64,000 nt of DNA from Antedon mediterranea. Lineage: Eukaryota; Animalia; Echinodermata. Position numbers and translations under genes: made by a program. The DNA lies in assembly GCF_964355755.1 (NCBI RefSeq), contig NC_092675.1, forward strand, positions 12,519,812 through 12,583,811, read 5' to 3'. Positions within the stretch are counted from its first letter, which is position 1, and each line of letters starts with the position of its first letter. Of this stretch, positions 13,385-25,000 are shown one piece after another. The notes beneath the pieces are model-generated. The model was not told where the DNA came from. It searched no databases and saw only the letters and a list, made by a program, of their open reading frames with translations.

Positions 13385-13436
13385 TTGAGGGCGCTTGACT
13401 TTCTCTATTTATTTTACATTGGTTGAAACAGCTGTG
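13385..13436 (-). repeat. Right bipartite TIR (17-bp subterminal motif + 21-bp spacer + 14-bp terminal)
   Basis: TTGAGGGCGCTTGACTT (13385-13401) and TTGAAACAGCTGTG (13423-13436). Confidence 0.85.
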
Positions 13437-16400
13437 AATAGCTTAATATCGTATTTAAAAACGTTTTAGACCATTTTGAGCATTTCGACAAAACTTTTTT
13501 ACACAAAACACCAAAGTGCTTAGAATAGCTTCAAATCGCATTTGGAGACGTTTTAGACCAATTTGTGCATTTCAATGAAACTTGGTTACACAAAAACATC
13601 AAAGTGCTTAAAATCACATTATAAATCGTTTTAGACCATTTTGAGCATTTTGATAACACTTTTCACACAAAAACATCAAAGAGCACAAAATAGCTTAATA
13701 TCGTATTCAAAAACGTTTTAGACCATTTTGAGCATTTCGACAAAACTTGTTAACATAAAAACACCAAAGTGCTTAGAATAGCGTCAAATCGTATTTGGAG
13801 ACGTTTTAGACCATTTTGTGATTTTCGAAAAAACTTGTTAACATAAAAACACCAAAGTGCTTAGAATAGCTTCAAATCGCATTTGGAGACGTTTTAGACC
13901 ATTTTGTGATTTTCGATAAAACTTTTTAACATAAAAACACCAAAGTGCTTAGAATAGCTTCAAATCACATTTGGAGACGTTTTAGACCATTTTGTGATTT
14001 TCGAAAAAACTTGTTAACATAAAAACACGAAAGTGCTTAGAATAGCTTCAAATCGCATTTGGAAGCGTTTTAGACCATTTTGTGATTTTCGAAAAAAATT
14101 GTTAACATAAAAACACCAAAGTGCTTAGAATCACATTATAAACCGTTTTAGACCATTTTGAGCATTTCGATAACACTTTTCACACAAAAACATCAAAGAG
14201 CACAAAATAGCTTAATATCGTATTTAAAAACGTTTTAGACCATTTTGAGCATTTAGACAAAACTTTTTCACACAAAACACCAAAGTGCTTAGAATAGCTT
14301 CAAATCGCATTTGGAGACGTTTTAGAACATTTTGTGTTTTTCGAAAAAAACTGTTAACATAAAAACACCAAAGTGCTTAGAATAGCTTCAAATCGCATTT
14401 GGAGACGCTTTAGACCATTTTGTGATTTTCGAAAAAAATTGTTAACATAAAAACACCAAAGTGCTTAGAATCACATTATAAACCGTTTTAGACCATTTGA
14501 GCATTTCGATAACAATTTTCACACAAAAACATCAAAGAGCACAAAATAGCTTAATATCGTATTTAAAAATGTTTTAGACCATTTTGAGCATTTAGAAAAA
14601 ACTTTTTCACACAAAACACCAAAGTGCTTAGAATAGCTTCAAATCGTATTTGGAGACGTTTTAGACCATTTTGAGATTTTCGAAAAAACTTGTTAACATA
14701 AAAACACCAAAGTGCTTAGAATAGCTTCAAATCGTATTTGGAGACGTTTTAGACCATTTTGTGATTTTCGAAAAAACTTGTTAACATAAAAACACCAAAG
14801 TGCTTAGAATAGCTTCAAATCGCATTTGGAGACGTTTTAGACCATTTTGTGCATTTTGATGAAACTTGGTTACACAAAAACTTCAAAGTGCTTAAAATCA
14901 CATTATAAACCGTTTTAGACCATTTTGAGCATTTCGATAACACTTTTCACACAAAAACATCAAAGAGCACAAAATAGCTTAATATCGTATTTAAAAACGT
15001 TTTAGACCATTTTGAGCATTTCGACAAAACTTTTTCACACAAAACACCAAAGTGCTTAGAATAGCTTCAAATCGCATTTGGAGACGTTTTAGACAATTTT
15101 GTGATTTTCGAAAAAACTTGTTAACATAAAAACACCAAAGTGCTTAGAATAGCTTCAAATCGCATTTGGAGACGTTTTAGACCATTTTGTGATTTTCGAA
15201 AAAACTTGTTAACATAAAAACACCAAAGTGCTTAGAATAGCTTCAAATCGTATTTGGAGACGTTTTAGACCATTTTGTGATTTTCGAAAAAACTTGGTTA
15301 CACAAAAACATCAAAGTGCTTAAAATCACATTATAAACCGTTTTAGACCATTTTGAGCATTTCTATAACACTTTTCACACAAAAACATCAAAGAGCACAA
15401 AATAGCTTAATATCGTGTTTAAAAACGTTTTAGACCATTTTGAGCATTTCGACAAAACTTTTTCACACAAAACACCAAAGTGCTTAGAATAGCTTCAAAT
15501 CGCATTTGGAGACGTTTTAGACCATTTCGTGATTTTCGAAAAAAACTTGTTAACATAAAAACACCAAAGTGCTTAGAATAGCTTCAAATCGTATTTGGAG
15601 ACGTTTTAGACCATTTTGTGATTTTCGAAAAAACTTGTTAACATAAAAACACCAAAGTTCTTAGAATCACATTATAAACAGTTTTAGACCATTTTGAGCA
15701 TTTCGATAACAATTTTCACACAAAAACATCAAAGAGCACAAAATAGCTTAATATCGTATTTAAAAATGTTTTAGACCATTTTGAGCATTTAGACAAAACT
15801 TTTTCACACAAAACACCAAAGTGCTTAGGATAGCTTCAAATTGCATTTGGAGACGTTTTAGACCATTTTGTGATTTTCGAAAAAACTTGTTAACATAAAA
15901 ACAACGAAGTGCTTAGAATAGCTTCAAATCGAATTTGGAGACGTTTTAGACCATTTTGTGATTTTCGAAAAAACATGTCAACATAAAAACACCAAAGGGT
16001 TTAGAATAGCTTCAAATCGCATTTGGAGACGTTTTAGACCATTTTGTGATTTTCGAAAAAACTTGTTAACATAAAAACACCAAAGTGCTTAGAATAGCTT
16101 CAAATCGTATTTGGAGACGTTTTAGACCATTTTGAGATTTTCGAAAAAACTTGGTTACACAAAAACATCAAAGTGCTTAAAATCACATTATAAACCGTTT
16201 TAGACCATTTTGAGCATTTCGATAAAACTTTTCACACAAAAACATCAAAGAGCACAAAATAGCTTAATATCGTATTTAAAAACGTTTTAGACCATTTTGA
16301 GCATTTCGACAAAACTTTTTCACACAAAACACCAAAGTGCTTAGAATAGCTTCAAATCGCATTTGGAGACGTTTTAGACCAATTTGTGCATTTCGATGAA

Positions 16401-18137
16401 ACTTGGTTACACAAAAACATCACAGTGCTTAAAATCACATTATAAACAGTTTTAGACCATTTTGAGCATTTCGACAAAACTTTTTCACACAAAACACCAA
16501 AGTGCTTAGAATAGCTTCAAATCGCATTTGGAGACGTTTTAGACCATTTTGTGATTTTCGAAAAAACTTGTTAACATAAAAACACCAAAGTGCTTAGAAT
16601 AGCTTCAAATCGTATTTGGAGACGTTTTAGACCATTTTGTGATTTTCGAAAAAACTTGTTAACATAAAAACACCAAAGTTCTTAGAATCACATTATAAAC
16701 CGTTTTAGACCATTTTGAGCATTTCGATAACAATTTTCACACAAAAACATCAAAGAGCACAAAAAAACTTAATATCGTATTTAAAAATGTTTTAGACCAT
16801 TTTGAGCATTTAGACAAAACTTTTTCACACAAAACACCAAAGTGCTTAGGATAGCTTCAAATCGCATTTGGAGACGTTTTAGACCATTTTGTGATTTTCG
16901 AAAAAACTTGTTAACATAAAAACAACGAAGTGCTTAGAATAGCTTCAAATCGAATTTGGAGACGTTTTAGACCATTTTGAGATTTTCGAAAAAACTTGGT
17001 TACACAAAAACATCAAAGTGCTTAAAATCACATTATAAACCGTTTTAGACCATTTTGAGCATTTCGATAACACTTTTCACACAAAAACATCAAAGAGCAC
17101 AAAATAGCTTAATATCGTATTTAAAAACGTTTTAGACCATTTTGAGCATTTAGACAAAACTTTTTCAAACAAAACACCAAAGTGCTTAGAATAGCTTCAA
17201 ATTGCATTTGGAGACGTTTTAGACCATTTTGTGATTTTCGAAAAAACATGTCAACATAAAAACACCAAAGGGTTTAGAATAGCTTCAAATCGCATTTGGA
17301 GACGTTTTAGACCATTTTGTGATTTTCGAAAAAACTTGTTAACATATAAACACCAAAGTGCTTAGAATAGCTTCAAATCGTATTTGGAGACGTTTTAGAC
17401 CATTTTGAGATTTTCGAAAAAACTTGGTTACACAAAAACATCAAAGTGCTTAAAATCACATTATAAACCGTTTTAGACCATTTTGAGCATTTCGATAACA
17501 CTTTTCACACAAAAACATCAAAGAGCACAAAATAGCTTAATATCGTATTTAAAAACGTTTTAGACCATTTTGAGCATTTCGACAAAACTTTTTCACACAA
17601 AACACCAAAGTGCTTAGAATAGCTTCAAATCGCATTTGGAGACGTTTTAGACCATTTTGTGATTTTCGAAAAAACATGTCAACATAAAAACACCAAAGGG
17701 TTTAGAATAGCTTCAAATCGCATTTGGAGACGTTTTAGACCATTTTGTGATTTTCGAAAAAACTTGGTTACACAAAAACATCAAATTGCTTAAAATCACA
17801 TTATAAACCGTTTTAGACCATTTTGAGCATTTCGATAACACTTTTCACACAAAAACATCAAAGAGCACAAAATAGCTTAATATCGTATTTAAAAACGTTT
17901 TAGACCATTTTGAGCATTTCGACAAAACTTGTTAACATAAAAACACCAAAGTGCTTAGAATAGCTTCAAATCGCATTTGGAGACGTTTTAGACCATTTTG
18001 TGAATTTCGAAAAAAATTGTTAACATAAAAACACCAAAGTGCTTAGAATCACATTATAAACCGTTTTAGACCATTTTGAGCATTTCGATAACAATTTTCA
18101 CACAAAAACATCAAAGAGCACAAAATAGCTTAATATC
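13437..18137 (+). repeat. Satellite DNA array, block 2
   Basis: Same monomers and orientation as block 1; resumes exactly at the duplicated AATA. Confidence 0.98.
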
Positions 18138-19094
18138 TAGTCTGGGTTCCAGACGGAGTTTTGTCTTAATATTAGTTAAAAGATAAATATTTTGGCACAT
18201 ATGGCGTTTCATACGTATACTACTTGATTTTGGATACTCCGTCTGGGGAAACACGCACAAGTCACGTGGTTTGACACCAAGAATTCTTGGTGCATACGAT
18301 TATCCGGTTGACTAGTTTCAGCTGCATGCGATTGGCTACTCTCTCGTACACCGTTTAAATATTCATATTTAAGAATTTCAAAGACTCAACAAATAAGATG
18401 ATGCGCATGCGCTATGTTACGTTTAGACAATGTGTACTTGTTGGGTACATTTATGAAAGTTCTGAAGGCTAGAAATTATTTTATATGCCTAGTAGTCTGG
18501 TAAACATTTGATGGGATCTTTGAAATATGAAAACTCGTCTTGATATATGATAGGCTAGCTTCTCCGCAAATCAAACATTGAATGGATCATTTATTACGCG
18601 GACATAATTTTGATTTAATTCTCACTCAGACCCTGTCCTGTTCTGTGTGGTGGTGTAGCCCTGTTGTGTGCCGGTGGTATGTAGGCCTACTTCATTGGCG
18701 TTTTATTTGGCAGGTCATACGTGCGAGTTGAGTAGGACCTACGAAAGAGGCCTAGGCCAAAGACTAAACAATTAATAAACAAAACAACTTGGCATTACTA
18801 TTTTATATTTCAACAGTCTCGATCGTACATTAAGCACTGGTAGGCCTACGTACTCGATCTCTTTCATTTTGAAACAAAATGATCATTGGTTGATTCGAAA
18901 TCCATATTTACATACCGCCCGCCCCATATAGCCAAATACGGTATGATAACCTACGTCATTCTTATCGTATGTTTGCGGTCTGCAAATCGATTTCTATACG
19001 TGTTTCACAAGTCTGTATTTTCAGAAAAAAATCGCGGTCGAAATAAAAACAAATAAATAAAAAAAAAAGATAATACAGACTTGGGGCAAGTCTA
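18138..19094. mobile_element. 957-bp non-autonomous DNA transposon with 9-bp TSD and TAG...CTA hairpin termini (possibly Academ/AcademH-like; family uncertain)
   Basis: TSD CTTAATATC at 18129-18137 and 19095-19103. Left end TAGTCTGGGTTCCAGAC; right end GACTTGGGGCAAGTCTA. No credible ORF. The family assignment is inferred only from TSD length and TAG ends. Confidence 0.85.
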
Positions 19095-22000
19095 CTTAAT
19101 ATCGTATTTAAAAATGTTTTAGACCATTTTGAGCATTTAGACAAAACTTTTTCACACAAAACACCAAAGTGCTTAGAATAGCTTCAAATCGTATTTGGAG
19201 ACGTTTTAGACCATTTTGAGATTTTCGAAAAAACTTGGTTACACAAAAACATCAAAGTGCTTAAAATCACATTATAAACCGTTTTAGACCATTTTGAGCA
19301 TTTCGATAACACTTTTCACACAAAAACATCAAAGAGCACAAAATAGCTTAATATCGTATTTAAAAACGTTTTGGACCATTTTGAGCATTTCGACAAAACT
19401 TTTTCACACAAAACACCAAAGTGCTTAGAATAGCTTCAAATCGCATATGGAGACGTTTTAGACCAAGTTGTGCATTTCGATGAAACTTGGTTACACAAAA
19501 ACATCAAAGTGCTTAAAATCACATTATAAACCGTTTTAGACCATTTTGAGCATTTCGATAACACTTTTCACACAAAAACATCAAAGAGCACAAAATAGCT
19601 TAATATCGTATTTAAAAACATTTTAGACCATTTTGAGCATTTAGACAAAACTTTTTCAAACAAAACACCAAAGTGCTTAGAATAGCTTCAAATCGCATTT
19701 GGAGACGTTTTAGACCATTTTGTGATTTTCGACAAAACTTGTTAACATAAAAACACCAAAGTGCTTAGAATAGCTTCAAATCGTATTTGGAGACGTTTTA
19801 GACCATTTTGTGATTTTCCAAAAAACTTGTTAACATAAAAACACCAAAGTGCTTAGAATAGCTTCAAATCGCATTTGGAGACGTTTTAGACAATTTTGTG
19901 CATTTCGATGAAACTTGGTTACACAAAAACATCAAAGTGCTTAAAATCACATTATAAACCGTTTTAGACCATTTTGAGCATTTCGATAACACTTTTCACA
20001 CAAAAACATCAAAGAGCACAAAATAGCTTAATATCGTATTTAAAAACGTTTTAGACCATTTTGAGCATTTCGACAACACTTTTTCACACAAAACACCAAA
20101 GTGCTTAGAATAGCTTCAAATCGCATTTGGAGACGTTTAGACCATTTTGTGATTTTCGAAAAAACTTGTTAACATAAAAACATCAAAGTGTACAGAATAG
20201 CTTCAAATCGCATTTGGAGACGTTTTAGACCATTTTGTGATTTTCGAAAAAACTTGTTAACATAAAAACACCAAAGTGCTTAGAATCACATTATAAAACC
20301 GTTTTAGACCATTTTGAGCATTTCGATAACACTTTTCACACAAAAACATCAAAGAGCACAAAACAGCTTAATATCCTATTTAAAAATGTTTTAGACCATT
20401 TTGAGCATTTAGACAAAACTTTTTCACACCAAAGTGCTTAGAATAGCTTCAAATCGCATTTGGAGACGTTTTAGACCATTTTGTGATTTTCGAAAAAACT
20501 TGTTAACATAAAAACACCAAAGTGCTTAGAATAGCTTCAAATCGCATTTGGAGACATTTTAGACCAATTTGTGATTTTCGAAAAAACTTGTTAACATAAA
20601 AACACCAAAGTGCTTAGAATAGCTTCAAATCGTATTTGGAGACGTTTTAGACCATTTTGTGATTTTCGAAAAAACTTTTTAACATAAAAACACCAAAGTG
20701 CTTAGAATAGCTTCAAATCGCATTTGGAGACGTTTTAGACCATTTTGTGCATTTCGATGAAACTTGGTTACACAAAAACATCAAAGTGTATAAAATCACA
20801 TTATAAACCGTTTTAGACCATTGTGAGCATTTTGATAACACTTTTCACACAAAAACATCAAAGAGCACAAAATAGCTTAATATCGTATTTAAAAACGTTT
20901 TAGACCATTTTGAGCATTTCGACAAAACTTTTTCACACAAAACACCAAAGTGCTTAGAATAATTTCTAATCGCATTTGGAGACGTTTTAGACCAATTTGT
21001 GCATTTCGATGAAACTTCGTTACACAAAAACTTCAAAGTGCTTAAAATCACATTATAAACCGTTTTAGACCATTTTGAGCATTTCGATAACACTTTTTCA
21101 CACAAAACACCAAAGTGCTTAGAATAGCTTCAAATCGCATTTGGAAACGTTTTAGACCATTTTGTGATTTTCGAAAAAACTTGTTAACATAAAAACACCA
21201 AAGTGATTATAATAGCTTCAAATCGCATTTGGAGATGTTTTAGACCATTTTGTGATTTTCGAAAAAACTTGTTAACATAAAGACACCAAAGTGCTTAGAA
21301 TAGCTTCAAATCGCATTTGGAGACGTTTTAGACCAATTTGTGATTTTCGAAAAAAATTGTCAACATAAAAACACCAAAGTGTTTAGAATAGCTTCAAATC
21401 GCATTTGGAGACGTTTTAGACCAATTTGTGATTTTCGCAAAAACTTATCAACATAAAAACACCAAAGGGTTTAGAATAGCTTCAAATCGCATTTGGAGAC
21501 GTTTTAGACCATTTTGTGATTTTTGAAAAAACTTGTTAACATAAAAACACCAAAGTGCTTAGAATAGCTTCAAATCGCATTTAGAGACGTTTTAGACCAT
21601 TTTGTGATTTTCGATGAAACTTGGTTACACAAAAACATCAAAGTGCTTAAAATCACATTATAAACCGTTTTAGACCATTGTGAGCATTTCGATAACACTT
21701 TTCACACAAAAACATCAAAGAGCACAAAATAGCTTAATATCGTATTTAAAAACGTTTTAGACCATTTTGAGCATTTCGACAAAACTTTTTCACACAAAAC
21801 ACCAAAGTGCTTAGAATAGCTTCAAATCGCATTTGGAGACGTTTTAGACCATTTTGTGATTTTCGAAAAAACTTGTTAACATAAAAACACCAAAGTGCTT
21901 AGAATAGCTTCAAATTGCATTTGGAGACGTTTTAGACCATTTTGTGCATTTCGATGAAACTTGGTTACACAAAAACATCAAAGTGCTTAAAATCACATTA

Positions 22001-25000
22001 TAAACCGTTTTAGACCATTTTGAGCATTTCGATAACACTTTTCACACAAAAACATCAAAGAGCACAAAATAGCTTAATATCGTATTTAAAAACTTTTTAG
22101 ACCATTTTGAGCATTTCGACAAAACTTTTTCACACAAAACACCAAAGTGCTTAGAATAGCTTCAAATCGCATTTGGAGACGTTTTAGACCATTTTGTGAT
22201 TTTCGAAAAAACTTGTTAACATAAAAACACCAAAGTGCTTAGAATAGCTTCAAATCGTATTTGGAGACGTTTTAGACCATTTTGTGATTTTCGAAAAAAA
22301 TTGTTAACATAAAAACACCAAAGTTCTTAGAATCACATTATAAAACCGTTTTAGACCATTTTGAGCATTTCGATAACACTTTTCACACAAAAACATCAAA
22401 GAGCACAAAACAGCTTAATATCCTATTTAAAAAAGTTTTAGACCATTTTGAGCATTTAGACAAAACTTTTTCACACCAAAGTGCTTAGAATAGCTTCATA
22501 TCGCATTTGGAGACGTTTTAGACCATTTTGTGATTTTCGAAAAAACTTGTTAACATAAAAACACCAAAGTGCTTAGAATAGCTTCAAATCGTATTTGGAG
22601 ACGTTTTAGACCATTTTGTGATTTTCGAAAAAACTTGTTAACATAAAAACACCAAAGTGCTTAGAATAGCTTCAAATCGCAATTGGAGACGTTTTAGACC
22701 ATTTTGTGCATTTCGATGAAACTTGGTTACACAAAAACATCAAAGTGCTTAATATCGTATTTAAAAACGTTTAAGACCATTTTGAGCATTTCGACAAAAC
22801 TTTTCACACAAAACACCAAAGTGTTTAGAATAGCTTCAAATCGCATTTGGAGACGTTTTAGACCATTTTGTGATTTTCGAAAAAACTTGTTAACATAAAA
22901 ACATCAAAGTGTACAGAATAGCTTCAAATCGCATTTGGAGACGTTTTAGACCATTTTGTGATTTTCGAAAAAACTTGTTAACATAAAAACACCAAAGTGC
23001 TTAGAATCACATTATAAAACCGTTTTAGACCATTTTGAGCATTTCGATAACACTTTTCACACAAAAACATCAAAGAGCACAAAACAGCTTAATATCCTAT
23101 TTAAAAATGTTTTAGACCATTTTGAGCATTTAGACAAAACTTTTTCACACCAAAGTGCTTAGAATAGCTTCAAATCGCATTTGGAGACGTTTTAGACCAT
23201 TTTGTGATTTTCGAAAAAACTTGTTAACATAAAAACACCAAAGTGCTTAGAATAGCTTCAAATCGCATTTGGAGACATTTTAGACCAATTTGTGATTTTC
23301 GAAAAAACTTGTTAACATAAAAACACCAAAGTGCTTAGAATAGCTTCAAATCGTATTTGGAGACGTTTTAGACCATTTTGTGATTTTCGAAAAAACTTGT
23401 TAACATAAAAACACCAAAGTGCTTAGAATAGCTTCAAATCGCATTTGGAGACGTTTTAGACCATTTTGTGCATTTCGATGAAACTTGGTTACACAAAAAC
23501 ATCAAAGTGTATAAAATCACATTATAAACCGTTTTAGACCATTGTGAGCATTTTGATAACACTTTTCACACAAAAACATCAAAGAGCACAAAATAGCTTA
23601 ATATCGTATTTAAAAACGTTTTAGACCATTTTGAGCATTTCGACAAAACTTTTTCACACAAAACACCAAAGTGCTTAGAATAATTTCTAATCGCATTTGG
23701 AGACGTTTTAGACCAATTTGTGCATTTCGATGAAACTTCGTTACACAAAAACTTCAAAGTGCTTAAAATCACATTATAAACCGTTTTAGACCATTTTGAG
23801 CATTTCGATAACACTTTTTCACACAAAACACCAAAGTGCTTAGAATAGCTTCAAATCGCATTTGGAAACGTTTTAGACCATTTTGTGATTTTCGAAAAAA
23901 CTTGTTAACATAAAAACAACAAAGTGATTATAATAGCTTCAAATCGCATTTGGAGATGTTTTAGACCATTTTGTGATTTTCGAAAAAACTTGTTAACATA
24001 AAGACACCAAAGTGCTTAGAATAGCTTCAAATCGCATTTGGAGACGTTTTAGACCAATTTGTGATTTTCGAAAAAAATTGTCAACATAAAAACACCAAAG
24101 TGTTTAGAATAGCTTCAAATCGCATTTGGAGACGTTTTAGACCAATTTGTGATTTTCGCAAAAACTTATCAACATAAAAACACCAAAGGGTTTAGAATAG
24201 CTTCAAATCGTATTTGGAGACGTTTTAGACCATTTTGTGATTTTCGAAAAAACTTGTTAACATAAAAACACCAAAGTGCTTAGAATAGCTTCAAATCGCA
24301 ATTGGAGACGTTTTAGACCATTTTGTGCATTTCGATGAAACTTGGTTACACAAAAACATCAAAGTGCTTAATATCGTATTTAAAAACGTTTTAGACCATT
24401 TTGAGCATTTCGACAAAACTTTTCACACAAAACACCAAAGTGCTTAGAATAGCTTCAAATCGCATTTGGAGACGTTTTAGACCATTTTGTGATTTTCGAA
24501 AAAACTTGTTAACATAAAAACATCAAAGTGTACAGAATAGCTTCAAATCGCATTTGGAGACGTTTTAGACCATTTTGTGATTTTCGAAAAAACTTGTTAA
24601 CATAAAAACACCAAAGTGCTTAGAATCACATTATAAAACCGTTTTAGACCATTTTGAGCATTTCGATAACACTTTTCACACAAAAACATCAAAGAGCACA
24701 AAACAGCTTAATATCCTATTTAAAAATGTTTTAGACCATTTTGAGCATTTAGACAAAACTTTTTCACACCAAAGTGCTTAGAATAGCTTCAAATCGCATT
24801 TGGAGACGTTTTAGACCATTTTGTGATTTTCGAAAAAACTTGTTAACATAAAAACACCAAAGTGCTTAGAATAGCTTCAAATCGCATTTGGAGACATTTT
24901 AGACCAATTTGTGATTTTCGAAAAAACTTGTTAACATAAAAACACCAAAGTGCTTAGAATAGCTTCAAATCGTATTTGGAGACGTTTTAGACCATTTTGT

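Larger units (their letters stand above)
8195..13436 (-). mobile_element. Non-autonomous, internally deleted Chapaev-like (CMC; RAG1/Transib-related) DNA transposon
   Basis: Perfect 14-bp TIR: CACAGCTGTTTCAA (8195-8208) / TTGAAACAGCTGTG (13423-13436). 4-bp TSD AATA (8191-8194, 13437-13440) splits the satellite motif GAGCACAAAATAGCTTAATATC. CAC/GTG ends with a 4-bp TSD are the described Chapaev signature, and transposase remnants lie on the minus strand. Confidence 0.88.

Noticed and set aside
8195-13436. True RAGL/ProtoRAG or Transib element
   Set aside because: Those make 5-bp TSDs; here the TSD is 4 bp (confirmed by empty sites) and no RAG2-like kelch/PHD sequence is visible. Chapaev-type fits better.
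18962-19159. 65-aa ORF across the right junction of the 957-bp element
   Set aside because: Starts in satellite and crosses a low-complexity A tract; spurious.
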